Below, in pieces: positions 21,997-33,177 of a stretch of 64,000 nucleotides of DNA; position 1 is the stretch's first letter; every line of letters starts with the position of its first letter. The position numbers and the translations under genes were made by a program. Origin of the DNA: Geosiphon pyriformis uo1 (lineage: Eukaryota; Fungi; Glomeromycota); NCBI GenBank assembly GCA_016748015.1, contig JAAOMT010000445.1, positions 124,001-188,000 on the forward strand, written 5' to 3'. A model generated the notes under the pieces. It searched no databases. It was not told the DNA's origin and was given only the letters and a program-made list of their open reading frames with translations.

Positions 21997-22858
21997 TATT
22001 ACTCATAGAAATATAGGAAATATATTAACATAATTATTAGCCAATTAGAAGTAAGCATAGTAAATGTGGAATTCCAGGATTCCTCTTAGGAATTGCAGAA
22101 TTCCAGGAATTTCAGAATTCCCCGACAAGAAATTGCAGGATTCCAGAATTCCAGAATTCCTCTCAAAGAAATCGCAGGATTCTAGGAATTCCAGGATTCC
22201 TGTTGTGAAGAATCGAGGAATTGAAAAATCCCAATTATGTATATATAGTGGTAGTATTAGAAACAGAAAAGACAGAATTGATATCACAGAATTCTTAGCC
22301 AAGAAACAAAATCATCAAATAAATAATTATTCCATATCTCAATCCACTCTCTACTATCAACACTTTATATTAATAGTAATTGATACTTAACCACACTGGA
22401 ACAATAGCTCTTGATCATGGCTATTGACGGAATACTAATTTGCCAAACTGCCTGAACTTATTTCTTTTCTTTCTTTATTTTCTTTTATTTTTCTTTATTT
22501 TTATTTTTTTTTGTTGTTTACTAATTGAGTAAAAGGATTAAACACTGAGTTATTGACGTCAAGGATAGCCTGGTAAAAGACCCAGAAATAAGGGTAGGAT
22601 TTTATATATTATCAGATAGCTTACCAGAAGGGCATGACTACCAGACTAAATCTGGCCACCACGCTGAAAAAGAAATTGGGAAAACTCTTGGAAAGATACA
22701 TCTACTATCAACACTATTGAATCTCTGTTCATTATACAAAGGACTCCATCAAAACCTTCAGATATAACACCTTCAGAATATTATCAACAGAAATAGCTTC
22801 TGAGCACCAAGTTATGGGTTGTTATTTACTTTAACAGCAGAAAAAATCCCCTGTAACA
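21997..22858 (+). repeat. 3' LTR of A, preceded by PPT aaaaagagggaataa (21982-21996)
   Basis: 862-bp direct repeat of the 5' LTR. Confidence 0.95.
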
Positions 22859-23501
22859 ACGCTCTGGTGTCTGCTTCTTCTAATAAGAAACCTTTTAAAA
22901 GAAATATTTTTGATGTGAATTGTCTTCAGTTGGCCAGGTTATATGCCAAGAAAAATGTTCCTATTTTTCATCCTGCTGCTTTTAGTAGCAAATCATAAGC
23001 TTAAGTAGTCTTTTTTGTGTCTCCTTCTGGTGGACTTCAGTTTGATTTTGGTTCTGGTTCTGGTTTTTTTTCTTCTGGTGTCTCAGGTTTGAGTGGGGGT
23101 TCTCCTCTAGTCATGAACATTAACTCATTTTTGGATGCTTGTTTGGCCTCTTTGAAATGCTCCTTAGAGCTTTTGAGTAATCAGGTTTCTGGTATTGTGC
23201 ACAAACTCAGTGGCATGGAATTGGTGCCTTTGGCCCCCCCTTCATCTTCTGGTCATTCAGTTGCCCCAATAGTTGTCAATGTGGAGTCAGATTTGAATAT
23301 GGTGTTAGATGGTTCAGTGGTGGTGTCTGCATCTCTTCCTGTTGTTCCAGCTCTGAGCTTCAGTAGCTCAAAAGTCTTAACTACCAAGGTGGGCTGTCTG
23401 AAGTCCAAATTGGTGGCTCTTAAAGCCTTAATTGGTTCTGTTTTGGTAAAGTTAAATCAGTTGTGTGTTGGCTTAAGTTTTTTGGTTTTTTCCTCCTTTC
23501 A

Positions 23502-25490
23502 ATAAGTGGTTTGGTTTGGAAGCTTGCTGTGTGCAATGTTCATGGCATCAATGTTCCTGCAAAGCAAATAAATGTTGTGTGTTGACATGCAAATTCTGGT
23601 AATATGGTGTCTTTTATTACAGAAACTAAATTGAGATCCAGTATCAAGCCTCAGATTGCTAATAAGTTTGAGGATGTGCATATCTTTATGTCTGGCTTGG
23701 ATAAAGGTTTTCTCGGTGTTGGGGTTGCTGTAATTATAAACAATTTATTAGTTCATCATGTGTCTAAGGTAAAGAAGATTCCTGGCAGGATTATTTTAGT
23801 TCGGCTTTTGTTTAAAATCAAGCTTTTGGTCATGATTCTGGATTTGTATGCTGGTGCCTCTTCTGAGACCAGATTTGGTCAAGCTTTGGAGATAAACTCT
23901 TTGATTACAGAAGCTGTTAATTCTAGCACTTTTGTGGTTCTGGATGGGAATTTTAATGAGAATGGGTCTGGAAGAAGTGCAATTTTCAAGTTCTGTTTGG
24001 GTCTGGATTTGGTTAATTCATTTGCCAATCATCATATGGAAAAGGCCCCCACATGGAACAATTCACAGGAAGTTAAAAAGACAATTGATTTTATTTTTGT
24101 TAGGAGGAATCTTTTTTCTGCCATCATTGGTCATCAGGTTTGCTCTGTGTCTGGTTTTTTTAACACTAATCATAGTGCTGTTTTGGTTTTGATTGGCTTG
24201 GGTGGATTCCTAAACATTCAGTTGAATAGCTTATACAAACAGGCTAACAAGAATTGTTGAAAGTTCAAAATTAAAGATGCTAATGGCCCCAAATAGACTG
24301 GTTTTAGAGATTGCCTTTCTGCCAAGCTTTTGGTGGTTGCTGATAAATTTCTTGGTGCTGAAACTTACAGTAATGTAGATGCTATATGGGCAATTTTAGA
24401 AAAGATGGTGGTAAAATTAGCTGATGAGACATTTTCAAGACAGTGGTTTAGTGAGTTTTATTGTTCTAGGAATAAATTTTCTTCTAAGTTCTTTGGTTTA
24501 GAATTGTTGGTTGCCAAGATTGTTAAAAAGTTTATCTCGGGTGATTTGCCTAGAGTTGATTGTTTTATAAGAACATGGTCAACTTTGGATTGTGCCAAGG
24601 CTTGTGCTTTTGCTGACTTGGTTGGCTTGGATGGAAAGACTGAAGTAGTTCTTGAACATTTATCATTGGTTTATAAAGAATACAGGAGATTTAAGATATA
24701 TGAGTCGAAAGTAGCTAAGGAGGCTTCTATTAAACTGGTAATATCGAAGTGCATGGAAAATTTCTGCTCTAACAAAGACAGCATAATTAGGAGTGTTTTG
24801 GATCAGCCCTTTTACAAAGTAGTTTTGAATTACCTGGTCATGGATAATGAATTAATTTTAGAATCTGAGGAAATAAAGCTCAATGTTGATAGAATTATGG
24901 AGAGTTGGACTAGGAAGCAGATGGTGCTTTTGGTGGTATCTGACCTTTGGGCTCATTAGTATGCTTTGTTAGATTATGTGCAGGATTGTGCTTTTTTTAA
25001 TGTGATGAGTGTTATCAATTTGAATGAGTTGCTCTTAGTTGTCAATAGCCTGCCCGATGGTAAAGCAGCTGGCTTGTCTAGTATCCCTAATGAACTATAA
25101 AAATGCAGTGGCAATGAAATGTTGAGATATCTCTTGAGATTATTGAATACATGTTTGTTGGTCAGTGGTGTTCCTGTTTTGTAGAGAAGGGCTTGGGTCT
25201 CAATAATCCCTAAACTATATGATTAAGATGGGGTTTTTACAAATACATAACCTATAGCTTTGATTGAGACTGCCAGAAAAATTCTCTCCAAGATTTTTTC
25301 TGATAGGATCTCTTCTGTATGCAGCAAGTTTGGAGTTCTTCAGGGTGATAACTTTTTTATTTTAAAGAGTATGTTTACCCAATCTCCAGTGTTCACAGTT
25401 GGTTCAGTTGTTGAAAATGCTCTGGAAAAAGATCAAGAACTTTGGTTGGTTCTTTAGGACATGTGCAAGGCTTATGATTTTGTGGACTGG
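23502..25490 (+). pseudogene. LINE-2 ORF2 5' part (APE endonuclease + RT N-half)
   Basis: CNVHGIN, ITETKL, GNFNE, PTW, IDFIF, KAAGLSSIPNE, DMCKAYD. Confidence 0.9.
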
Positions 25491-26442
25491 TATTACTCAT
25501 AGAAAAAGAATACAAGAAAATAGTAAGAAAAACAGATAAGGAAAATAGACTAATAAGAGAATAGTATTTAGCATGTGAGCACATTGCTCAGCAATGTGAA
25601 GCATTATCAGAGAATCATGGCACATTGTTCAGCAATGAGCACATTGTCAGAAATTACAGGCACATTGTTCAGCAATGTAAGCATTGCTTGAGAAATCATA
25701 GCACATTGCTCACAAATGTGCAGAATCTTGTATAACATAAATTATATATATAGCAAGAGTATTAAAAGCAGAAAAAGTAATTCTTGGAGAATTCAATAGA
25801 GTTTTATTAATTTAGAACAATCCCCTTTCTTCTCTATTTATTAACCCTCATTTTAAGGATAGTTGCTATCAACCAAAATAAAATTATATAAATAAAAGAT
25901 CTCTCCAATTCTTCAAATTCATGTTATTGTTGTTTGTTTGAAAATATAATCACTCTTCCATTTATCAACACTTCATGTTGATAAAATTCAACACTTAACC
26001 ATACTGGAACAATAGCTCTTGATCATGGCTATTGACAAGATACTAACTTGCGCATTGCCTTGGCTTATTTTTTTATGTTATTTCTTTTATTTTTTTGTCT
26101 TAATTGTTGTTATTACTAACTCTATTGAGGATTAATGCATGGGGTACTAACATCAGAATATAGCACTGGTAAAAGATCCAGAAATAAGAGTAGAACACTT
26201 GATTGAGATTAGCTTACCAAGAGAAATACTGGCCATCATGCTGAGAAAGAAATTGATGAAACAGTAGTTTTGGGAAGCTACAGATAAAACTATTACCACT
26301 GAATCTCTGTCTATTATACAAAAGACTCAACCAAAACTTTCAGATAAACCCACCTTCAGATTTCCATCATTAACAACAGCCTTGAGCACCAAGTTACGGG
26401 TTTGTTATTTACTCCAATAACCAACAAAGTTCACCTGTAACA
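25491..26442 (+). repeat. 5' LTR of B; U3 array of palindromic acattgct-c-agcaatgt units (~25575-25720)
   Basis: tattac...tgtaaca followed by the PBS. Confidence 0.9.
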
Positions 26443-26577
26443 TTTGGTGCTTCCTGTAAAGTATAATTTAACAAAGAACCAGTACCAACAACAACCATGC
26501 AGAAAAGTGGCAGACCAAGAGGAAACAAGAGAAAATCACTTAGAATTCACAAAATTCTTATTTTACTATTATCTTTG

Positions 26578-27330
26578 TAAAAACTCATTAAAAACTCATT
26601 AAATTAAAACTCCAATTATTCAAGACCCAATCATTAAAACCCTGAACATTCAAAATGTACTATTGATAAATTTGTTAAAACTCATTAAATTAAAACTCTA
26701 TTTATTCAAAACCCAATCATTAAAACCCCAAACATTCAAAACATACCATTGATAAATTCATTAAAACTTGTTAAATTAAAACTCCGTTTATTCAAAATCC
26801 AATCATTAAAACTCCGAACATTCGAAACTTACTATTAATAAATTCATTAAAAACTTGTTAAATTAAAACTCCAATTATTTAAGACCCAATCATTAAAATC
26901 CCAAACATTTGAAAATTACTGTTGATAAACTCATTAAAACTCATTAAATTAAAACTCCAATTATTCAAAATCCAATCATTAAAACCCCAAACATTCAAAA
27001 CTTACCTTTGATAAATTCATTAAAAACTCATTAAATTAAAACTCCAATTATTCAAGACCCAATCATTAAAACCTCAAACATTCAAAACTTACTTTTGATA
27101 AACTTGTTAAAACCCATTAAAGCTCTGATTATTCAAGACCCAATCATTCAAAAACCCAAACATTTGAAACCCAATAATTTCAACTCCACTATTGCACAAA
27201 GAAACTTACCATTGATAAAACTTGTTAAACCTCTAGCAATTCAAACTCTGGGAATTATTCAAAAACCTAAACATTCAAAGTCTGATAAATTCCAAACACC
27301 GTTATCATACAAGGAAACTTATCTCCGATA
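26578..27330 (+). repeat. Tandem array of 86-87-bp units (about 7 copies plus a diverged tail) inside B
   Basis: Unit starts ttgataaa at 26663, 26749, 26835, 26922, 27008, 27095 (then 27212); no variable spacers. Confidence 0.92.
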
Positions 27331-27861
27331 GCCCAATAAAATCTAATTCCCACGGTAACAATAAATCAGCAAAATTCACCTAATAGCCCTGAGTCAGAAT
27401 ATTAGAATGTAGTCACAATCTACTTTCATGTGTCATATATTCAAAAAAGAGCCAATCAGTGAGAACAAATGGGAATTGGAATCGGAACTTAATCCTGATT
27501 CAAACTCCACTAATGATGACAATGATTCAAACTCCACTAATAACAATGACGATTTAAACTCTGCCAACAACAAATTCAAATTCTGCTTCAAACACTAAAC
27601 AATATATCACACTTTTAAATCTTACAATAGAGCAGGAATTAACTAAATTCAGTGATAATAATAAGGGCATTATGTCTGAACATGCACATAATATAGATGC
27701 AAGATTTGAAATTAATATTCTGGACAGACTGCTATAGTTAAAAACTCCAGTCATGTATAAAATTAGATTTACAAATAGCAATAGAAATTATAGCAACAAC
27801 ATTGATACAAAAAAGAAATTTAAAAGATTTCGCAGAAGTTCAATATTAAAGAAGGGAATAA

Positions 27862-28801
27862 TGTTACTTATAGAAAAAGAATACAAGAAAATAGTAGAAA
27901 AAACAGATAGGAAAAATAGACCAATAAGAGAATAGTATTTAGCATGTGAGTACATTGCTCAGCAATGTAAAGCATTGTTAGAGAATTACGGCACATTGTC
28001 AGAAATTACAGACACATTGCTTAGCAATGTAAGCATTGTTTAAGAAATCATAGCACATTGCTCACAAATATGCAGAATCTCGTATAACATAAATTATATA
28101 TATATAGCAAGAGTATTAAAAGCAGAAAAAGTAATTCCTGGAAAATTCAATAGAGTTTTATTAATTTAGAACAATTTCTTTTCTTCTTTATTTATTAACT
28201 CTCATTTCAAGAATAGTTACTATTAACTGAAATGGAATTATATAAATAAAAGATCTCTCTAATTCTTCAAATCCATGTTATTGTTGTTTGTTTGAAAATA
28301 TAATCACTCTTCCATTTATCAACACTTAACTACACTGGAACAATAGCTCTTGATCACAACTATTGACAGGATACTAACTTGCATATTGCCTTGGCTTATT
28401 TCAAATTTCTTATTTTCTTTTTATTTTCTTTTCTTTTCTTTTATTTTCTTTTGTTTGTTGACTTACTACTGATTAAAGAGATTAAACATTGAGTAATTGA
28501 TGTCAAGGATAGCCTAGTAAAAGACCCAAAAATAAGAATAGAATTATATATATTAATAGATAGCTTACTAGAAGAACATGACTGCCAGAATAAACTGGCC
28601 ACCAAACTGAAGACAGAAATTGGGAACACAACTCACCAACCAACTACATCATCACTGAATCTCTGTTTATTATACAAAAAACTCAACTCTAAAACCTTCA
28701 GATATAACCAACATACCAATAACACCAGCATTGTCAAGATATTGAGTACCAAGTTATGAATTTGTTATTTGATTTGAGACCCCAAATAATCATTTGTAAT
28801 A
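27862..28801 (+). repeat. 3' LTR of B
   Basis: tgttac...tgtaata; first ~540 bp match the 5' LTR, remainder is a different subfamily. Confidence 0.9.
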
Positions 28802-28805
28802 CTGG

Positions 28806-31508
28806 CATCACTTGGAGGCTAGCTTACGTTAGATCAAAATGTGTAATAGGTTCATCAGATTTTTTGGTAGTATATATGGTGATAGGATAAATAAGGTTAT
28901 AATAAACTTTGGTCTTACTAGTAGATACAGGGTTTGTAATGGCTTGGATCAAGGTAAGATCTTTTTGTCTCTTCTCTGAAAAATCTTTTACAACCCTCTT
29001 TTATGTGAAGTTAAGAGGCACAAGCATTTGTGTAGTTATCGGATTGACACTAAGTTTGTAGTTAGAACTGGTAGAATTGAGACTAGTGACAGGATGTCCT
29101 TTTTTTTTGCTACAGGTGCATTTGTGGATAATACAATTTGGATTAATAACTGTCAAACATCAATACAGTATGCTCTGAATATTGCTAGTGAGTTTTTTGC
29201 AATCAATAACATTTCTATCAATAATGAAAAAACTGTGGTCATTTCTATTAATCAAGATGTTAGGGTGATATCTTTGAGCATAAGTGATCAGCCAATTTCA
29301 ATAGCTAAAAAGAGTAAGGCTTATAGGTACTTGGATATTTTTCTGTCTACTGAAGGGTTGTCTAAGCCAAGTATGACCAAAGCTCATTTAGATGTGTGCT
29401 TTTTTGTTAATGTGGTGCTCAGAAAAGTTATTACTAACAAACAGTTTTCCTATTTGGTTTTGGCTGTTCTGTAGCCTATTGTTAACTACAAAACCCAGTT
29501 TAGCTTTGTTTCATTGAGAGTTTGCTGCAAGTAGAATGCTATGATTTGGAAGGGTCTTAAGTTTAAAACACATTTGCCACGTGATTTTCCAGTTAAAGTA
29601 TTACATTACCCTTCATTATATGGCTTGAAGTCTTTTGAGCAATTGCAATCAGAGTGTAAATCAGCTGTTGTAATTTCATTTTCCAATGCTCCTGGCATTC
29701 TCGGGTGTTTATTCAATCATAGATTTTTGGACTTGTAAGTTTTGGATTGGGCTCTATTGAATCCCTTGCAGTTCCCTGTTAAGTTACATATTAGCCCTGT
29801 AAACAATTTTTTGGCTGGTGTGGTTAAAATTTTTTTGGATAGTGAGCTGTCTTTAGCTAACAATTTGCTAAGTGCTTTTTGTAGTCCTGGTGTGTTTTCT
29901 ATATCTTCTGTGTTGGGAGACACTCTTTACTTTAGTTCAGTTTATTTGTTGAAACATTTTGGTGTTGCTTTTAGTAACAGGCTGTTTGATAAAAAGAATC
30001 ACTTAATGGATTGGAAGATTTTTTGTCATTGGAAGAGGTTGGATCTGAGAGGCCCTGTTTTTTTCTGGTTTATGACTGTTTCAAAGTTTTTGATGAATGT
30101 AGACTCTTTATTGGCTGCTCATACTGGAGATGATCTTCTATCTGAGCTGGATGTTTTGAACTCTATGGAGTTCTCAGATATTCAAAGTGATTTGCATGAA
30201 GTATGGTCTGGTTTGTTTAACATTTATACAAACAGTTCATTAAGAGATATTGGGACTGCTGGTATTGCTGGTGGTGCTACTGTGTATTTTCTTTCTGTGA
30301 ATCTGAGTGTTGGTGTTAAGATTCAGGGTCTATTGTCTTCTACTTTATCTGAGTTGTAGGCAGTTGCTCTGGCATTGGAGTGCGTCCTATCCTCTTGTGC
30401 TGTGGTATTGTATCTTGACAGTCAGACTGCCATTGATGCATATATATCTAAAATGTCTTTGGCTGTACCTGACTTTTATGTTCCATGCTGGATAAAGAGA
30501 CATCACATTTTTAATTTGATTAGAGATAAAGATCTTGCTATAAGATGGGTGAAAGTCAAGGACCATTCTGGAGTTGCAGGTAATGTGGTGGCTAATGCTG
30601 CTGCTAATTGTGCTATATGTTCTAAGTTTTTTTTGCCTATAGGAGTGTGTAAATGTTTTTTGGTGGCTGAAGCTATGGCCATGTCTGGCAATGCCTGTCA
30701 TTTTGTTAGGAATGTGTTTCAGTCTATTTGCTGTGCTCATTGAAAGACTGGTTCTAACCAGGTCATTGTTCTGAATAATATGATTGGATGCATGGACTGG
30801 AGTATTACAGCTAAGATTTGGCATCCTGACTTCTACATGCTTGCCAGCTTTACTAGTCGGAAATCTTCTGGTTTGCATACATATTTAATGAAAACTGTGC
30901 ACTAACAGCTGCCCATGGTGGTTAGGAAGAGATTGTATAGTAGGAGATATTCTGGGGTGTTGTGTTTGTTGTGTAATAAGGTGGAACTGTCTGATCATGT
31001 TTTTACTTATGCATTAGATGCTGAGATTTGGAAGGAGGTTTTGGCTGAGGCTTTTGCATCTTGGACTTCTTTGGTAGGTGTTGATGGCCTGTTTTCTTCT
31101 GCTTTGTTACAGACTTTTAGTTAGTGCTCTTTGGATGTTGGCTTGTATTCAGTTTTGCACAAGTAGTTTGTGCTTAGAGACTAGTGCAAAGAAGCTGTTA
31201 ATGTTTTTGATGGGAAAAAGGAGGCTTTCTATATAGTTGTTGGGTTTGTTAAGCAGTTGGCTGAGTTATATCATTCTAAAATTTGGCTGGTAAAATGTAA
31301 ACATAGGGTGGATATAGAGAGAGCAGAGTTGGTTGGCAATAATGGTTTGGTCTTGGGTTTGTCACATTGTGTTGGGTCTGTTCTGTCAGAGGGAGTAATT
31401 AGAATGCTTGGTATTATTGAGTCTTTTGCTGTTAGTTTTGGCTGTCAACAGCTCTGTTTTTTTTTCACAGGTTTAGATTGTAACCCATGTGTTGTTTTAG
31501 GTGTGTAG
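28806..31508 (+). pseudogene. LINE-2 ORF2 3' part (RT core, RNase H, C-terminal Cys/His finger)
   Basis: GLDQG, AFVDNTIW, YRYLDIFL, YTNSS (TDGS-type RNase H), LDSQTAI, VKVKDHSG..GN..AN..A, CLLC...E..DHVF. Confidence 0.9.
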
Positions 31509-31642
31509 TATTGCCTTGTCTGGCCTAAGTGGCTAGCCACATATAAGGAGTGTGTGAGTTGCATTTAGTGTAAGCCACTTAGCTTGGCTTTTTGTACTAG
31601 ATAGTAATTGGGCTTTACTCATTAAAAGCTAATAAAAAAAAA

Positions 31643-33045
31643 ACCAATATATTATTAAAAATTGTTTTTTTTTTAACTTTTTTAATTATTTTTTGTTGGT
31701 TTTCTAAGTTAAACAATTGTTAATAAATTTTTGAAAGTTTTTTTACTTTTTTAACAATTTTTTCAATATTTTTTTTGGTTATATTTTTGATTTATTAATA
31801 AAACTATTTGTATTGGTTTTTTTTAAGTAATTTTATAAAAAATTTTTTGGCTATTATTTATTATTTTTATATTTAACTTTTTATTATTTAATAATTAAAA
31901 CAGTTATTAAATAATTAAGTAAATATTATCTGTAGTTTTTGTAATATTTTTAAACAATTAAATTATAAGATTATTTAATCTTAAAGATTAGACTAATGTT
32001 TTTTAGTAATATTATTTTTAATAATATCTAAAAAACAATTGTTAGTTATCAAAATTTTTTTGTGTAAATATTCTTTGTTTTAATACTTAATACTTTTTTA
32101 AGATTAAATTAATTTATATTAAAACTGTTTTTTAATTTGTATTTAAAAATAATATAAAACTGTTTTATTTAAAATTTGTTTTTTAAGTTTTTTTAAATAC
32201 TATATTTTAGATTAAATTTGTTAGCTTTATTTGTTTTTTTACTTTTAAGATTATCAAGTTTTTGGTAATTTCTAAATTTGTTTTTTTTATTATTATTATT
32301 GTTTTATAAAATATATTTAAAAGTATTTTCGTTATTAATATTAAAATAATATTATAAGTAAATATATAATCTAATAGCTTATAAATTAATATTATAATTT
32401 AATAATATAATTTGAAAATTTTGATGTTTAAGTTTTTTATATAAAAAACAAAGATTTAATTAATAATATTTAGTATTTTATTTTTTAATATAATAATCAG
32501 TTTATTTAAATGTTTTTTATCTTTTTAATAAACTATTTAATGTTTATTTTTGTATTTTTTACCAAATTATTCATAATATTGTAATTTTAATATTTATTTT
32601 TTAATCAATTAGTTTTAATACAAAACAAAAAATAAAAAATAAAAATAAAGTAAAATTAAAAATTAATATTTTATTAATAATTATAATTAAAAGTTATTGT
32701 TTTAATATATTAAATTTTTTGAATATATGTTTTTGGTATTTGTTATTTTAATAATTAAAATATTAAAATATTAGTAATTTAACAAAATCAATAATATATT
32801 AAATAATTTGATAAATAAGTTTTTATTATAAATAATATAATTATTAAAAAAAAATTGGCTTTTATTGTTAAATATTGAATTAAATATAATATTTTTTTTA
32901 ATAATAATATTATATATATATAATTTTTATATTATAAAATATTTTAATATTATTAATTATTTAGATTATTATTAATATTCTTAAAATTTTTGGTATTTTT
33001 GTTAATATTTTTAGAATTTTTAATATTATATTATTTAATTTTTTA
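31643..33045. other. AT desert, probable eroded LTR element (minus-strand U3/TATA relic ~32850-33040)
   Basis: Similar by eye to 10400-10890; almost no G/C. Confidence 0.55.
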
Positions 33046-33177
33046 ATATTATTATTATTTTAACAAGTGCAGTCTAACCACTATCTAGTATACAGAGATA
33101 AAGCAAAATATCCCAAACTAAACATAGCTCATATACTTACTACATGTGACTGACCACTTGGGTCCATTAAAACAACA

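Larger units (their letters stand above)
12693..22858 (+). mobile_element. Element A: full-length degenerate Ty3/Gypsy LTR retrotransposon carrying dUTPase (10,166 bp)
   Basis: Two 862-bp LTRs, PBS, PPT, domain order gag-PR-dUT-RT-RH-IN, 4-bp TSD ACAC (12689-92)/ACGC (22859-62). Confidence 0.97.
25491..28801 (+). mobile_element. Element B: non-autonomous deletion derivative of the A/C lineage (3,311 bp)
   Basis: LTRs 25491-26442 and 27862-28801, PBS 26445, PPT 27848-27861, perfect TSD CTGG (25487-90/28802-05); only gag, linker/dUTPase and ORF3-end scraps inside. Confidence 0.93.
11345..31642 (+). mobile_element. LINE-2: full-length non-LTR retrotransposon (~6.8 kb net) split by elements A and B
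   Basis: Reading frames rejoin across both insertions (ECDASN|ALVSAS; DFVDW|HHLEASL); AATAAA + A-tail at 31631-31642; 5' limit approximate. Confidence 0.92.

Noticed and set aside
26578-27330. Regular ~86-bp periodicity resembling a CRISPR array
   Set aside because: Whole units repeat with no unique spacers, there are no cas genes, and the context is a eukaryotic LTR element
28605-28625. ctgaagacagaaa resembling a minimal hammerhead core; AGAACA..GATTAC resembling hairpin-ribozyme loop B
   Set aside because: The CUGANGA match is absent from the other LTRs, and the required stems and cleavage-site motifs were not found
29117-29140. RT catalytic motif reads (V/I)DN instead of DD in three LINE copies
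   Set aside because: A single G>A change in a G>A-hypermutated context (A also shows YLDN versus YLDD in C); needs a consensus before any claim
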